A stretch of 64,000 nucleotides of DNA. It comes from Octopus vulgaris (lineage: Eukaryota). The translations under genes were made by a program, and so were the position numbers. The DNA lies in the NCBI GenBank assembly GCA_951406725.2, contig OX597817.1:113026001-113090000 (forward strand), given 5' to 3'. Shown one piece after another: positions 52,501-64,000 of the stretch; position 1 is the stretch's first letter; every line of letters begins with the position of its first letter. A model generated the notes under the pieces. The model was not told the DNA's origin. It searched no databases and was given only the letters and a program-made list of their open reading frames with translations.

Positions 52501-52936
52501 TCCGCAATCTTAAATAGTCTATCATAGTTGTTCATTTTCAAAATAGTACATCATAATGTCTAATTCATTTGTATTTCCTTTTGTCGTGTCTACACTTGAA
52601 GTGATGTATTAGTACTATAGTTACTGTTTGCCCACCCTCGCTATTTGGTGTATGGAGCATCATAAAACTGTATTCAAACTAGTAACACTAATAATCTTTG
52701 TGACATATCAGTGTATTCTGAGTTTGTACTTATTGTATTAACCCTCAAAAGGATGAAAGACAAATACAAAAAGCAAACCTAATATTTGTTTACTGTTGCA
52801 CTACCTTCAAGTTTTCTTTAACAGATAATATCAAGCTTCACTACTTCATCCAGTGCTTATTAATCTTGGGACTTTGGGAGGATAAATCACAAAGTCATCC
52901 TTAGAGTAAAGGGACATAACCTGAATGCTCATGTCC

Positions 52937-52938
52937 AT

Positions 52939-52997
<59 letters not shown>

Positions 52998-53043
52998 CGC
53001 GCATGCTCATGCGTGCGCACACATACATACATACATACGTACG

Positions 53044-53086
<43 letters not shown>
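52937..53086. repeat. Compound microsatellite (TG)n/(CATA)n/(TA)n
   Basis: Directly visible. Confidence 0.95.
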
Positions 53087-53088
<2 letters not shown>

Positions 53089-55772
53089 TGACGAATGTCG
53101 ATCATATTCAGTATACCGTGGAGACATGTCTGGCCATGAGGAAGTATTACCTTGCTTGGGAACTGGTAGGGGCTGGCTACTGGAAGGGCATCCTACTGTA
53201 GAAAATCTGCCTCAGTAAACTGTGTCCAAAGTATGCAAGTATGGAAAAGTGGATGTTAGAACAACGATGATGATGATGATGATGGCAACAATATTACATA
53301 CATGCATGCATACATCGTTTTTTAATGGTGGAATTTGAAGAAGATTAAGCTATGAATAGTAGCTTGTAGACTGTTGGGTTAAAAGCCCTTGAATGGAAAA
53401 AATTGGAATTGATTAAAAATTTTAAAACATTTTGCTTTCCTTATGTATTAATTAAACATGAGTAATAAAATTATGAATAATATAGTTTTTAATCCATTAG
53501 TATGGATTTTCTAAAGCTTTTAAGCTTTCAATTACATTTTTTTGAAAATTCATGGTGTACCTAGTTACCTTTTATAACACACTGCTTGAAAAACACTGCT
53601 CTACTGTTTAAAGAAAAATACTGACAGATATCTTGGATTATGTTATGTTAGATATTCCATGTTCCGTTCTCCCTAAAACAAATGTTATGATCACCGATGT
53701 AACACTTTTGATCATGGCCTTTGTTGTTGTTTTTTTTTAATGGTTTTGATCTGGATGAAGAGGCTCTGCTGAAGGCGTTTTGCAAGCTCTCCAAGAATGG
53801 GTGAGATTGACGTGGTTTCTCTGTTACAGAGCATGATAGGTATACAAATTATGGCAGGTGCCAGTGAATTGAAAGAATAAATAGATTGGTTGTTGAAAAG
53901 TAAACTCAGTAACTAAATTCAAATATTTCATGACTAGAACTGAAGCTGCATTGGAACAAAACTGTAAACAGCACTTTGTTATATCTTTCTATGTGCTAAT
54001 TCTGTAAAGAAATGTAAACAAATTATACTTAATGTGTGTATGTTTGCATTTGTGAATGTTTGTATGTCTGTGTTTGTTTATGTATGTGCATGTGTATGTT
54101 TGTGTTTGTATGTTTATTTGTGTGTTTTCGTGTGTATGGTAATGTATCTGTGCTAATGTGTCTGTCTGCTCTCTGTATGAGGAAGTTTGTTAATAATATG
54201 TTTAGATCATATAATATGTGTAGATCAGATGATATATCACAAGTTTGCTGCAGCACTGTGTGTGTATCTAATTCACTGCCATTTCATATTATCTTAATTC
54301 CACACCTAAAGTTGTTCAACAACTAGAGAGAGAGGAAAAAAAATTTAAAGTAATAATCTTGACAGTTGTCAAATTAATATCAGTATGAAAATTAGCACAC
54401 CTCCATGTAACCTAATGCACTTTTTATATGTTGTGTTCATGTAGAAATATTGTGTGTGTGCATGTGTATACACATACATACATGCATGCGCATACACACA
54501 CACACACACACAAGCACAAGCATAGCAATTTTGGCATGTGTCTTCTACAGTTCCAGACTAAAGAGTTATGATAGAAACTGAGAGAAGCCCATCATATATG
54601 TATATATATATTTATATGGTGGGGGAGAGGATGGGGTTCTTGTTGCCTTGACATCATGTAAGCAAGTGTCACCATCCATGAAAATATGTCTAGTCATGGG
54701 AGAATATTACCTTGCTTGGAAACAGATTGGGGTTGGTGACAGGAAGAGCATCCAGTCATAGAAAATTTATACGAACAAATTCTATCCAACTCATGCAAGA
54801 ATGGAGAAGTGAACATTAAAAAGATGATGATGATGATTATGTTTTCTAATACATGATGCTCTGTTGTACGAATATTTATTGATTCTTTATGTTGCTAACA
54901 AATGCATAACATTCAAATTTTCTAGTCATTACATCCAAGTTCTGGCTTATGTTTGAGTCTAGCAATTTGCCATGAGTTCTCTTCATGGACAGTTGTGATG
55001 GGAATACTTGACTTCTAATGAGTGGCCAATAGATCTGGCACACTCATTTATTATCAACGAATGGGTGTGCCAGATGCCTTGATCCACAAAAATATCTATT
55101 CATTCAATGATAGTCTAAGTATGCCAAAGATACAGGTACCCGTCATGTAATCTTCAGACAGAATCAACACTATGTATAAAAAGGTTGGATCTTTAAACTA
55201 TAGTTATAATCTATCTGATACACATCCACACAGTTTCTGCCTACACATTTTCATTTGCTAAATGGTGATTTTGAACTTAAAACGTTATCATTTCAAGGTC
55301 AGCTCTTAAAACATTTGGCTAGGGCTGAAAGACACACACATATACACTCACACACATACACACATGCAGGCCCACACACATGCAGCTAAGAGCACCAGCT
55401 AGACATGTGAAAAGACACATCACATCCCACCTAAAAGAATATGCTTTGACTATTCATAAACAGTAAATAGCTGCTAAATATCTGATCATTAAGAGAAATA
55501 AAGTTGCTTACAATCCTCCAAGAATAGCATCTGACCATAGAAAATCTGACTCAGTGAATTCTTTAATGGGGGTTAGGGTTGATATGTGTGTGTGTGTGTG
55601 TGTGTTCAGATATGAAATAGAAGCAGCACTAGTGTAATAAATATTATTAACTACATACACTTCATGCATATATTTCATGTACTTGCCAGTTATACATGAT
55701 GCTATACTGCCAAATCACAATCTACCATCAAATTCACAAACTGTATGTGTAGTTGATATATATATATATATA

Positions 55773-55879
55773 TATGGATCAAAACAGTTTGGAAATTTCC
55801 AATGGCCAATGATAAGCACTATCGCATGCTTTGAAACTTTAAGTACCATGGAATTTAAATCAAACTGTTTTCATCCATA
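55773..55879. mobile_element. Very small TA-flanked MITE-like hairpin
   Basis: tatggatcaaaacagtttg versus caaactgttttcatccata: 18 of 19 positions match in inverted orientation. Confidence 0.65.
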
Positions 55880-55959
55880 CATGTAACTCCTAATAAATGT
55901 GTTGACTACCCTTCTTTCATTTGTCCACTCACTCATGTGTGTGTGTGTTTGTGTTAGGT

Positions 55960-56530
55960 TGAATACATTGCCTAACCATGCATCCATGCATTATCCACTT
56001 GCAACCAAGACACCACATGCCAACCCATACTGATACCATGAACAGAGTTTGGAAGCTTCCTCCAATGGGCATAAGCCAGTCTTGTTTCTTTCAATAGCAT
56101 GGAAACACAAACACAACTCATATCAAGGAAACATTTTCATCATCATCATCTCCACCTCCAATCAAGAGTAACACACAGAGTTTTCAAAATTACTCCAGTT
56201 ATTGGGTTTCCTCATCACCAAGGATCTCTCCTGGCAAAAGCACATACTTAACATAACTGTGATTGCATCCATACAAGTGAAATTTCTTTTCATGATCAAA
56301 AGACACTTCAGCTCCCAATAATTATTGATACTTTTTAAAGCTTAGGTAAGGACAACAATAGAGTATTGCTCTCACATCTGGGTCAGTGCTGTTCCTGCAC
56401 ACAGATACCTAAGTTGCATCAAGAAAAGGCCATCTGATCGATTAGCATTATGTCACTCACAGAAATGCTTCAGCTTCTGACCCATGCTGTTGCCTCTGTT
56501 TTTTTCTATTGCTTTTATAATTGAGCTGGC
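55960..56530 (+). mobile_element. Degraded LINE RT C-terminal region (same type as 19630-19850)
   Basis: Translates in pieces as LVSFNSMETQ and LFKA*VRTTIEYCSHIWVSA (~56330-56390), which matches YKAQVRPxMEYCSHIW. Confidence 0.75.
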
Positions 56531-57368
56531 TGAGTTAAGGCCACTAAAACTCAAGTAGATCCAGTAAATAAAGAATAGTTCTTGTAATAACACACCCATC
56601 CTTACAAAAATCATTTATCTTCAGATTTTTAGATTCAGCTCTCAATTAGTCTTTCAGAATTCCAGTTTAGCTAAAATATGGCAGCCCCACATATTTGTTG
56701 TAAAGCAACAAGTTTCTCTCACACCCACCTCTCTCTCTCTCATACTGACCAAGTGAACTAAGATTTGTCTGTATGATTAGTAAAGAATAGGGAAGATCAG
56801 ACAACCAAGCTAAATGCTAAACATCTAAACTATATACTGTACCAATTAAGATAACCTTTCAGGTACCTGTTTGCTGCAACAAGACAGCTCGTGTAGTTGT
56901 AACTGCTTTATATCTTTGGTACTAAATGTCAGAAGTTTGAATTAAAAATCAGTTTACTTTATGCTAAGCTAAGATGAACATATGCTAGCCATTTCATGTT
57001 ATATGACATTTATCAACAAGTTATTTGAACTTATAGTCAAAAATAACTTATTGTATGTCATACACATACCTTTAATTCCTTGCCTCTGAATTTATATCAT
57101 AGTGTATCAATTAATATCAATTAGTAATATGGTTCTAATTTTTAGTTATTTATTTATTGGTTTGTTTGTTTGTTTTAATCTTACTTAGAAAATAAAATAC
57201 ATTCCAATATTCTGATTTTAATTGAAAGCATAAACATATGAGTTTGATTATATATTCTTTAAGGGATATAGATTAAATTTTTGCTGAAAAATGTGAAATG
57301 CAAGAAAAGTAAATGAATGTATTTATTTTTACGTAATGTTTAGAAATGTTTTTTCACTAGTCCTATAG

Positions 57369-57437
57369 ACATGCAAATTATTACCTGTATATGAAAGAAT
57401 TGAGACTATAACTCAAAGAAATGAAGCAGAAGAAATT
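57369..57437 (+). other. Candidate 69 nt phase 0/0 exon (TCKLLPVYERIETITQRNEAEEI)
   Basis: ttttcactagtcctatag| acceptor, open frame, donor |GTAAGT. No homology recognised. Confidence 0.25.
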
Positions 57438-58186
57438 GTAAGTGAAACTCTGCATAACAACATTGGAACATCAGTTTTTTTTTTTTTTTTTTTTTTTAAA
57501 TATCTGAATTCTACAGGTATAGTGAGCTATTTTGAGACCGAAATGTGTGTGTGTGTTTTTATAAATTTTGCTTGGTTCTTTAGCATTCCCTTATTTTAAT
57601 GACAGTGCCATTAAAATTAAGTATGGCCATGCTGGGACTCTGCCTTAAATAATTACTAGTTAAATGAGTCAACCCCAGTACTTGTTTTAAAACCTGGTAC
57701 TTATTCTATCAGTCTCTTTTGCTGGCCTGCTAAGTTACAGGGATGTAAACATACCAACACCAGTTGTCAAGCAGTGGTGGGGGACAAACACAGACACAAA
57801 GACACATATATATTGATATATATGTACAACAAGCTTCTTTCAGTTTCTGTCAGTCAAATCACTCATAAGGTTTTGGTCAGCCCAAGGCTATAGTAGAATA
57901 AACTTATCCAAGGTGCCATGTAGTGGGACTGAACCCAAAACTATGTGGCTGAGATGTAAGCTTCTTGCCACACAGCCATGCCTGTATATATGTATCTTTG
58001 TGATTCTGTTTGTCCCCTACCATCACTTCACAACCAGTGTTGATTTGTGTATATTCCCATAACTTAGTGATTTAGCAAAAGAGACTGATAAAATAAGTAC
58101 CGGGATTGATTTTTTTTCAACTAAACCCTTCAAGGCAGTGCTCCAGCATGGTCACACTCCAATGACTGGATCAAGTAAAAGGTAAA

Positions 58187-58252
<66 letters not shown>

Positions 58253-58253
58253 A

Positions 58254-58469
58254 CAAGGAGGTGCTAAAAAGTTCCTAGCTTTGGGTAAAAGAAAATACAG
58301 GAGAATTAGTTAATTATGATTTTATGCAATATATTCCCCTCTCAGATTCACACACTTATTGCAGTGGTCCTTCAGTTTTTCTAAGCCCTGTAAAAGAACA
58401 TGGAAGTTTGGGCCTCCCACCAGGCCTTTCATGATACCCTCAAAGCCAGGAACTTTTCAGCACCCTCCC

Positions 58470-58470
<1 letters not shown>
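58254..58470. mobile_element. Mariner-derived MITE
   Basis: ~30 bp TIRs caaggaggtgctaaaaagttcctagctttg / caaagccaggaacttttcagcaccctccca. The interior keeps a transposase C-terminus-like NKCVNLRGEYI on the minus strand. Confidence 0.85.
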
Positions 58471-58513
<43 letters not shown>

Positions 58514-58518
<5 letters not shown>

Positions 58519-58706
58519 TGCAGCATGGAAGGTGTTTATAAGCCATTTAAGAAACACACAAAACCGTTAGATTTACTTCAACATTTAAATTTAATTTGTC
58601 AAAGCAACAAAAATATTTTGACAAATTAAATTTAAATGTTGAAGTGAATCTAATGGTTTTGTGTGTTTCTTAAATGGCTTATAAACACCTTCCACGCTGC
58701 AATTGT
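58514..58706. repeat. Long inverted repeat: 90 bp arms, 13 nt loop, 3 mismatches
   Basis: 58514-58603 is the reverse complement of 58617-58706 by direct comparison. Confidence 0.95.
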
Positions 58707-58824
58707 TTTCATTCCAGCACACGATTTCAGATCAAGTCACTCGCTATGCAAGTACATCTCTGTAATATATATATATATATATACTAGTGGCATGGGCTGT
58801 TATTTTATACCCACCAAAATGATA

Positions 58825-60101
58825 TTGGATCATCCCATAAATAATGCAATTTTTTTATACTTTTCAAAATTAAGATAAACAAAGTTCTTTTTTAATCTAA
58901 AATATACTCGCTTTCATTTTCTATAAAGCTCTTCCATCTATCTGGGAGACTTGCAAGGCCCCTCTTCTAAAATTCACTTGTCCATGACAAAAAATACTCC
59001 TCCAGTACTGTTCTGACATCATCTACAGAATTCATATTTTTTCCATCCAAATGATTTTGAAGACAGCAGAATAAATGATTTTCAGATGAGACAATGTCCA
59101 GCAAATATGGTCGGTGGGGCATTGTTTCTCATTCAAACTGCTCCAGCCTTTGGAATGTCATCCTTGCTGTATGTGGTCAAGCATTATCCTGATGGAAGAA
59201 CACCTTTCACCTTGAAATGGAGATGGTTGTTTTTCTTCTAACACTGACTTAAGCCACTCAAGCTGCTCACAGTAGATCTCCTTTATTATTGTTTGATTTG
59301 GGTTTAAAAGTTCAAAGTGAGCTAAACCTTTCATATCCCACCAAACAGATAACAACACCTTACATAGGTGAAGACCTTCTTTCGCCTGGAGAACCAGTGT
59401 TTCTCCTTTTCCTACCCACTGTCTTCGGCACTTGACATTTTTATAGAGAACCCATTTCTTGTCACCAGTCACTATTCACTCCAAAAAAAGTTTCATTCAT
59501 GAGATGTGGCAGCAAAGAAAAGTGCACATTCTCCCTCTGTGTGTGATTAGACTTGGAAAGTTTGTGAGGAACCCCCTGACCCAATTTGTTGACCTTTCTG
59601 ATGGCATGCAGGTGTTGATGAATAGTTGAATGACCAAATCCAAGTTTCTCTGCTAGTTCCTCAACACTTACAATGGGATTTTGTTCCACCAGAGTTTGCA
59701 GGTGTCCTCGTTGAGCTTTACAGATCTTCCAGGACGAGATTTGTCTTCTAGGCTGTAGTTTCTAGCTTGGAATTTCTAGAACCACCGTTGACATTAGCTT
59801 ACACTTTTTGTCTGATCTCCATCTACTGCATTAATATTCCTTGCACTTTCTGTTGCGTTGTTGCCTTTATTGAACTCATAAAGCAAAATATGCTGAATAT
59901 GCTTCTTTGTCACTTCCATTATGGCTTTGGAACAATAACTGTTAAAATTGATCTGCATTCTACAAAACTTGCACTAAGAATAAGTACAAGGTAAAATTAC
60001 TACCCGCTTTTGTAGCAAGTTGATGCAGGTAGTTTATCCCATCCCCACCAACTTTTAGTTCATACAACTGAAAAAACTGCATTATTTATGAGATGATCCA
60101 A
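58825..60101 (-). mobile_element. Full-length (~1.28 kb) inactive mariner with both TIRs
   Basis: TIRs ttggatcatcccataaataatgca / tgcattatttatgagatgatccaa, with TA on the left flank. Confidence 0.95.
58892..59919 (-). pseudogene. Mariner transposase pseudogene
   Basis: MEVTKKHIQHILLYEF start, GVPHKL (WVPHEL), TGDKKWV, FFHQDNA*PH, PYLLDIVSSENHL (decayed YSPDLAPSD), end EYILD*. Contains frameshifts and stops. Confidence 0.92.
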
Positions 60102-60225
60102 TTCTTTTTGTTTGATTGAAACAGAGGTATATATTCACCAATGAATTAGGTAAACAGTAATGAAGTTGAAGAAACATTTAATAGATCAAAATACATTATT
60201 GATTTTTAACTGTTTATATTTCTAG

Positions 60226-60293
60226 ATGTAGCGTTATTTACAGTAAATCAGGGACAGGTAATTTTGACAATGTTTGTGTGTACGATGATTTCA
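60226..60293 (+). other. Candidate small exon with alternative donors (ends 60257 or 60293)
   Basis: Branch-like TTTAAC, acceptor tgtttatatttctag|, donors CAG|GTAATT and TCA|GTGAGT. Two frames are open. Confidence 0.35.
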
Positions 60294-60831
60294 GTGAGTT
60301 TTGCATTTTCATAACTGAGATGTCTGTGAAGTGCTCTCGGTAGAACAAGTTGACTTTAACCAGCAAGAATCTTTATGTCTGATGGATTCCGAACTCTACT
60401 GAGAACAATATACAACTAACCATGTGTGAACACATTAGTAGTACTGTAAAGAAAGTAACTTATTAAAATGCAAGTGATAAACAAATATATTTATTCATAA
60501 TTTTTCCAAGAGAAATTTAAAGAACAGAGATTTATCATGTTTTTTTTTCTATTTTATAATAAATTTACTTTATTTAAATAATATATACTGACAAACAGTG
60601 GGAGAGAGAGTGAGATAAAGAGGTGGATATATTTTGTGGTAGATTAAGATTAAGATTAAGATAAAGAAGAAAAAAGGCAGTCACTGTATTGCTTGCTTGA
60701 ATTTCTGAAATTACATGTTCTTCATTTATGACAGATTGTTCAATAATAAAATACATTTTAAAACGTTATAAGAAACTGATTATTCAACTATATTCTGAAA
60801 TGATTGAATGGAAGAAACTGAAGTGGACTAT

Positions 60832-61183
60832 GCCTGTGAGTCATCTAGGCTACGTGTGTGTTGGATGAGAGATCAAAATAAAAACAGTGGTTGATAGATA
60901 GACAGACATCATCATCATCATCATCATGTGTTTTAAATCTGAGTTTTGTCCCTGTTAACGGGGGGTAGCCGGATCTACCTCAATTCCATAGTAACTGCCC
61001 TCACACTAGCCTGTGAGTCATCTAGGCTACTTGTGTAGTAGATGAGAGATCAAAATAAAAACAGTGGTAGATAAATAGACAGACATAATCATCATTATCA
61101 TCTAATGTTTTAAATCCAGGTTTTGTCTCTATTAACAGGGTTGGCCAAATCTACCTCAATGCCATAGCAACTGTCCTCACCAA
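60832..61183. repeat. Diverged tandem duplication, period 177 bp
   Basis: gcctgtgagtcatctaggctac...ctacctcaat.ccatag.aactg.cctcac starts at 60832 and again at 61009. Confidence 0.9.
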
Positions 61184-62859
61184 ACAGAACATGGCATTTC
61201 TTATTGTGATGAATGTAACTTATTAAAATCTAGCAGAGAAAAACAAATATTTATTCGTATGCTTTCTTAAGAAAAATTTAAAGAAGAAAGATTCATAATT
61301 TTTTTTCCAATTCTAATGAACTTCTTTGACGAAATTTTTATTTTTATTATCTAAAGTGATAGCTTAATATTTGTAACAAGAAGTATTTTGTTGGGAAATA
61401 TTTGTGTGTCTCTGTACATACATACTGTGAGAAAGAGTGAGAGCAAATGGGAGAGTTGCAACCCAAATCAGAAGCTGGTTGCTGACAGATAGATTTCACA
61501 AAAATTATAATATTGGTGTATGTGTGCATCTTTCTGTTTGACAACTGGTGTTGAGTTTCTTTTTAAATCTCTATAACTTAACAGTCTGGCAAAAGAGACT
61601 CTTGGAATAATTAACAGATTTAAAAAAATAAATATTAAGGTCAATTTGTTTGAATAAACTCTTCAAGGTGATGCCCCAGCATGGCCACAGTCAAATGACT
61701 GAAACAAGTTAACGGCAAAAAATAAAAGATAAGCTAAAGAATTATGGGAATTACTGTGTGGTTTAATAGGTTTTTTGCTACTAAAGAAAACGAACATAGC
61801 AAAGTTAATTGATTGGTTTTGGTGATAAAGAGCTAGTTACAAAGAACAGATTGTAGAGTGATAACTGCACTAAAGCCTCAGCTAGCAGAATTTTATTCAG
61901 CTCCCACCAGCGATTGAATTTTGTCTAGTATTTTGGGTGGTGGTGATGGCTTGGCTACAGCTCAATATTTCTTGTGTTTAAGTATGAAAGACACCAATAT
62001 TTTTATTCTCTTTTATATTATATTTGCAAAAATTATTTGTCTAAGCATAATCATGTGTTCACTGTACAACCCAAAGTTAGTCATCAATATTTTAAAATTT
62101 AAATGTCAAACTGAAAATTTCTAAGCAAACTACACATGGGTTCTTTAAAAGTGACCTTTCTAAATTAGACTAAGATATTGCCACTCTCAGAATCAAATAA
62201 TAAAGAGCCAGTCTCACAATCTAATTAGTTCCTGGCAATTAAGATGAAATTAAAATAAAAGAAAGAATACTTAAACTGTGCATATTGCTATGGTTAATAC
62301 AATCTCAAAATGAAAATATTAATACAAGGATTATATTTCATTGAAGACACAAAGTATGATGGTAATTACATCAAAGCATCAGTAAGTAGACATAGAACAT
62401 CATTAGATGCTCAGATGGTTATCTATCCTCTTTTATATGATATCTTTACAACCACTTCTTTAAATGTAAATATGTTATTCACTGATCATTCATTCATAAG
62501 ATAATCAACTATGAATTTAACTTAGATGAGTATTATGTTTAAATTATACTTTCTAAATGGTTTGCTTTGAAAATATTGAATTTTGCCAAATATTTTGGGT
62601 GATGGGGATGATGGTGGTGGTGGTAGTGGCAGCAGCTTGGCTACAGACCAATATTTCCTACAATCATATAGGATAGAGACCATCATTTATTTTAAAAACT
62701 AACGAGTTTCAAGATTTAACATCTCCTAAATTTTCATTAACAAAGTAATTCTGAAAGATGTACATCTATCTAACTACATGAGTGCTGCAGTTCAAGCACT
62801 ACACTTGGAACAATTTAATGTGATAGTTATGAGTAAAGTCAGAAGTAAGTAGTACATAC

Positions 62860-62912
<53 letters not shown>

Positions 62913-63571
62913 TGTTTGTGTGTGTATATGTACATATATGTGTGTGTGTATAGATTGTTTGAGGTGATGCACAGATTTTATATATCAAGGAAAAAGGAGG
63001 TAGTCAGTTGAGCTGGTTAGGAAAACAAAAGCAAAAATGATTTACAAACATTTAAAATGTTTATGATGTTCTTGCATTCTTCAATAACTTGCTAATAATT
63101 TTAATCACAATTAGAACTGGATCACCAAACAAGGCTTCACTACCTGGTTGAAGCCATTTCACTTTACTCACCAATGTGAAACCCATGAACTTTATTGAAT
63201 CTCATTCCTGTTTTCTATAAAACTTGAGACTTTGTGCTTAAGTAAAAACAGCCATTCTTTATATTTTCTATTTACTTCCCTATAAATTGATCAGGTGAAG
63301 TTTCTTACATATACATATATACGGAATGTGTGAGTGCATGCGCATGTGCATGTGTGTGAATGTGAGAGAGAAAGAGTGTGTGCATGAACATATGTATTGT
63401 TTGATTATATCACTTATCTTTCTTACTTGTAGATTGATGGGATGTGAAATAGCCTGAGTTCATATGCAAAATTAATTTATTCTGTTTCATTTACTGAGTT
63501 CTTTTCATTTTATTTGTAAAGTTATCTTATTAAGCAGAACTACTTTCAAACACAATTATATATACACCATT

Positions 63572-63612
<41 letters not shown>

Positions 63613-63614
<2 letters not shown>

Positions 63615-63760
63615 TGGAGGTATGTGATCTAATAGATAGGTGTTTGGCTCATGATCATGATGTCACAGGCTCCATTCCTGGACTGGACAGTGCATTGTAT
63701 CCTTGAGCAAGACACTTCATTTCATACTACTTCAGTCAGCTCAGTTGAAAATGCATACCA
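63613..63760 (+). mobile_element. Old tRNA-derived SINE head after (TG)n
   Basis: ggagg...tg.tctaat...tccattcctgg followed by CCTTGAGCAAGACACTT. Confidence 0.6.
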
Positions 63761-64000
63761 AACCAGGGTTTGTAGAGTTTTCTCTTCCTCAGGCTATCAC
63801 ATCCTGGACCTACCACTAAATTAAAGAATGGAAAATTCAAGGTGTTTATACCTGCTCATAACTACACTGGTATCTAAAATGACTAGTGAAAGCATAGTAC
63901 ATTTTTAAAAAGCCATGCTCATTCACAGGTGATAGCTAGCATTTTTTGCATGTGTATGTGTGTGCGTGCATACACACACACATACATACATACATACACA

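Noticed and set aside
53761-53800. Possible exon ALLKAFCKLSKNG with GTGAGA donor
   Set aside because: The acceptor context is purine-rich (ggatgaag), giving insufficient support.

Overview
AT-rich, CpG-poor eukaryotic DNA with no long intact gene. The microsatellite load and repeat families resemble an Octopus (coleoid cephalopod) genome, which is my inference. The window is probably intronic to a large + strand transcription unit, with a few candidate small exons, the best being a putative first coding exon at 50124-50249. Most recognisable content is transposon-derived: a Penelope-like (PLE, GIY-YIG) remnant, an RTE LINE, several CR1/L2/Ingi-like LINE 3' ends, two mariner (DD34D) and two maT-like (DD37D) relics, TTAA-flanked and TA-flanked MITEs, and many tRNA-derived SINEs, one group sharing the RTE 3' tail. 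The most interesting object is a ~530 bp element (36626-37157) with a 12 bp TSD, a tRNA-like Pol III head, a degenerate minimal hammerhead ribozyme and an inverted copy of its 3' end. It looks like a SINE mobilised by Penelope machinery, and three other small elements show partial hammerhead signatures. All calls were made by eye, with no database searches.
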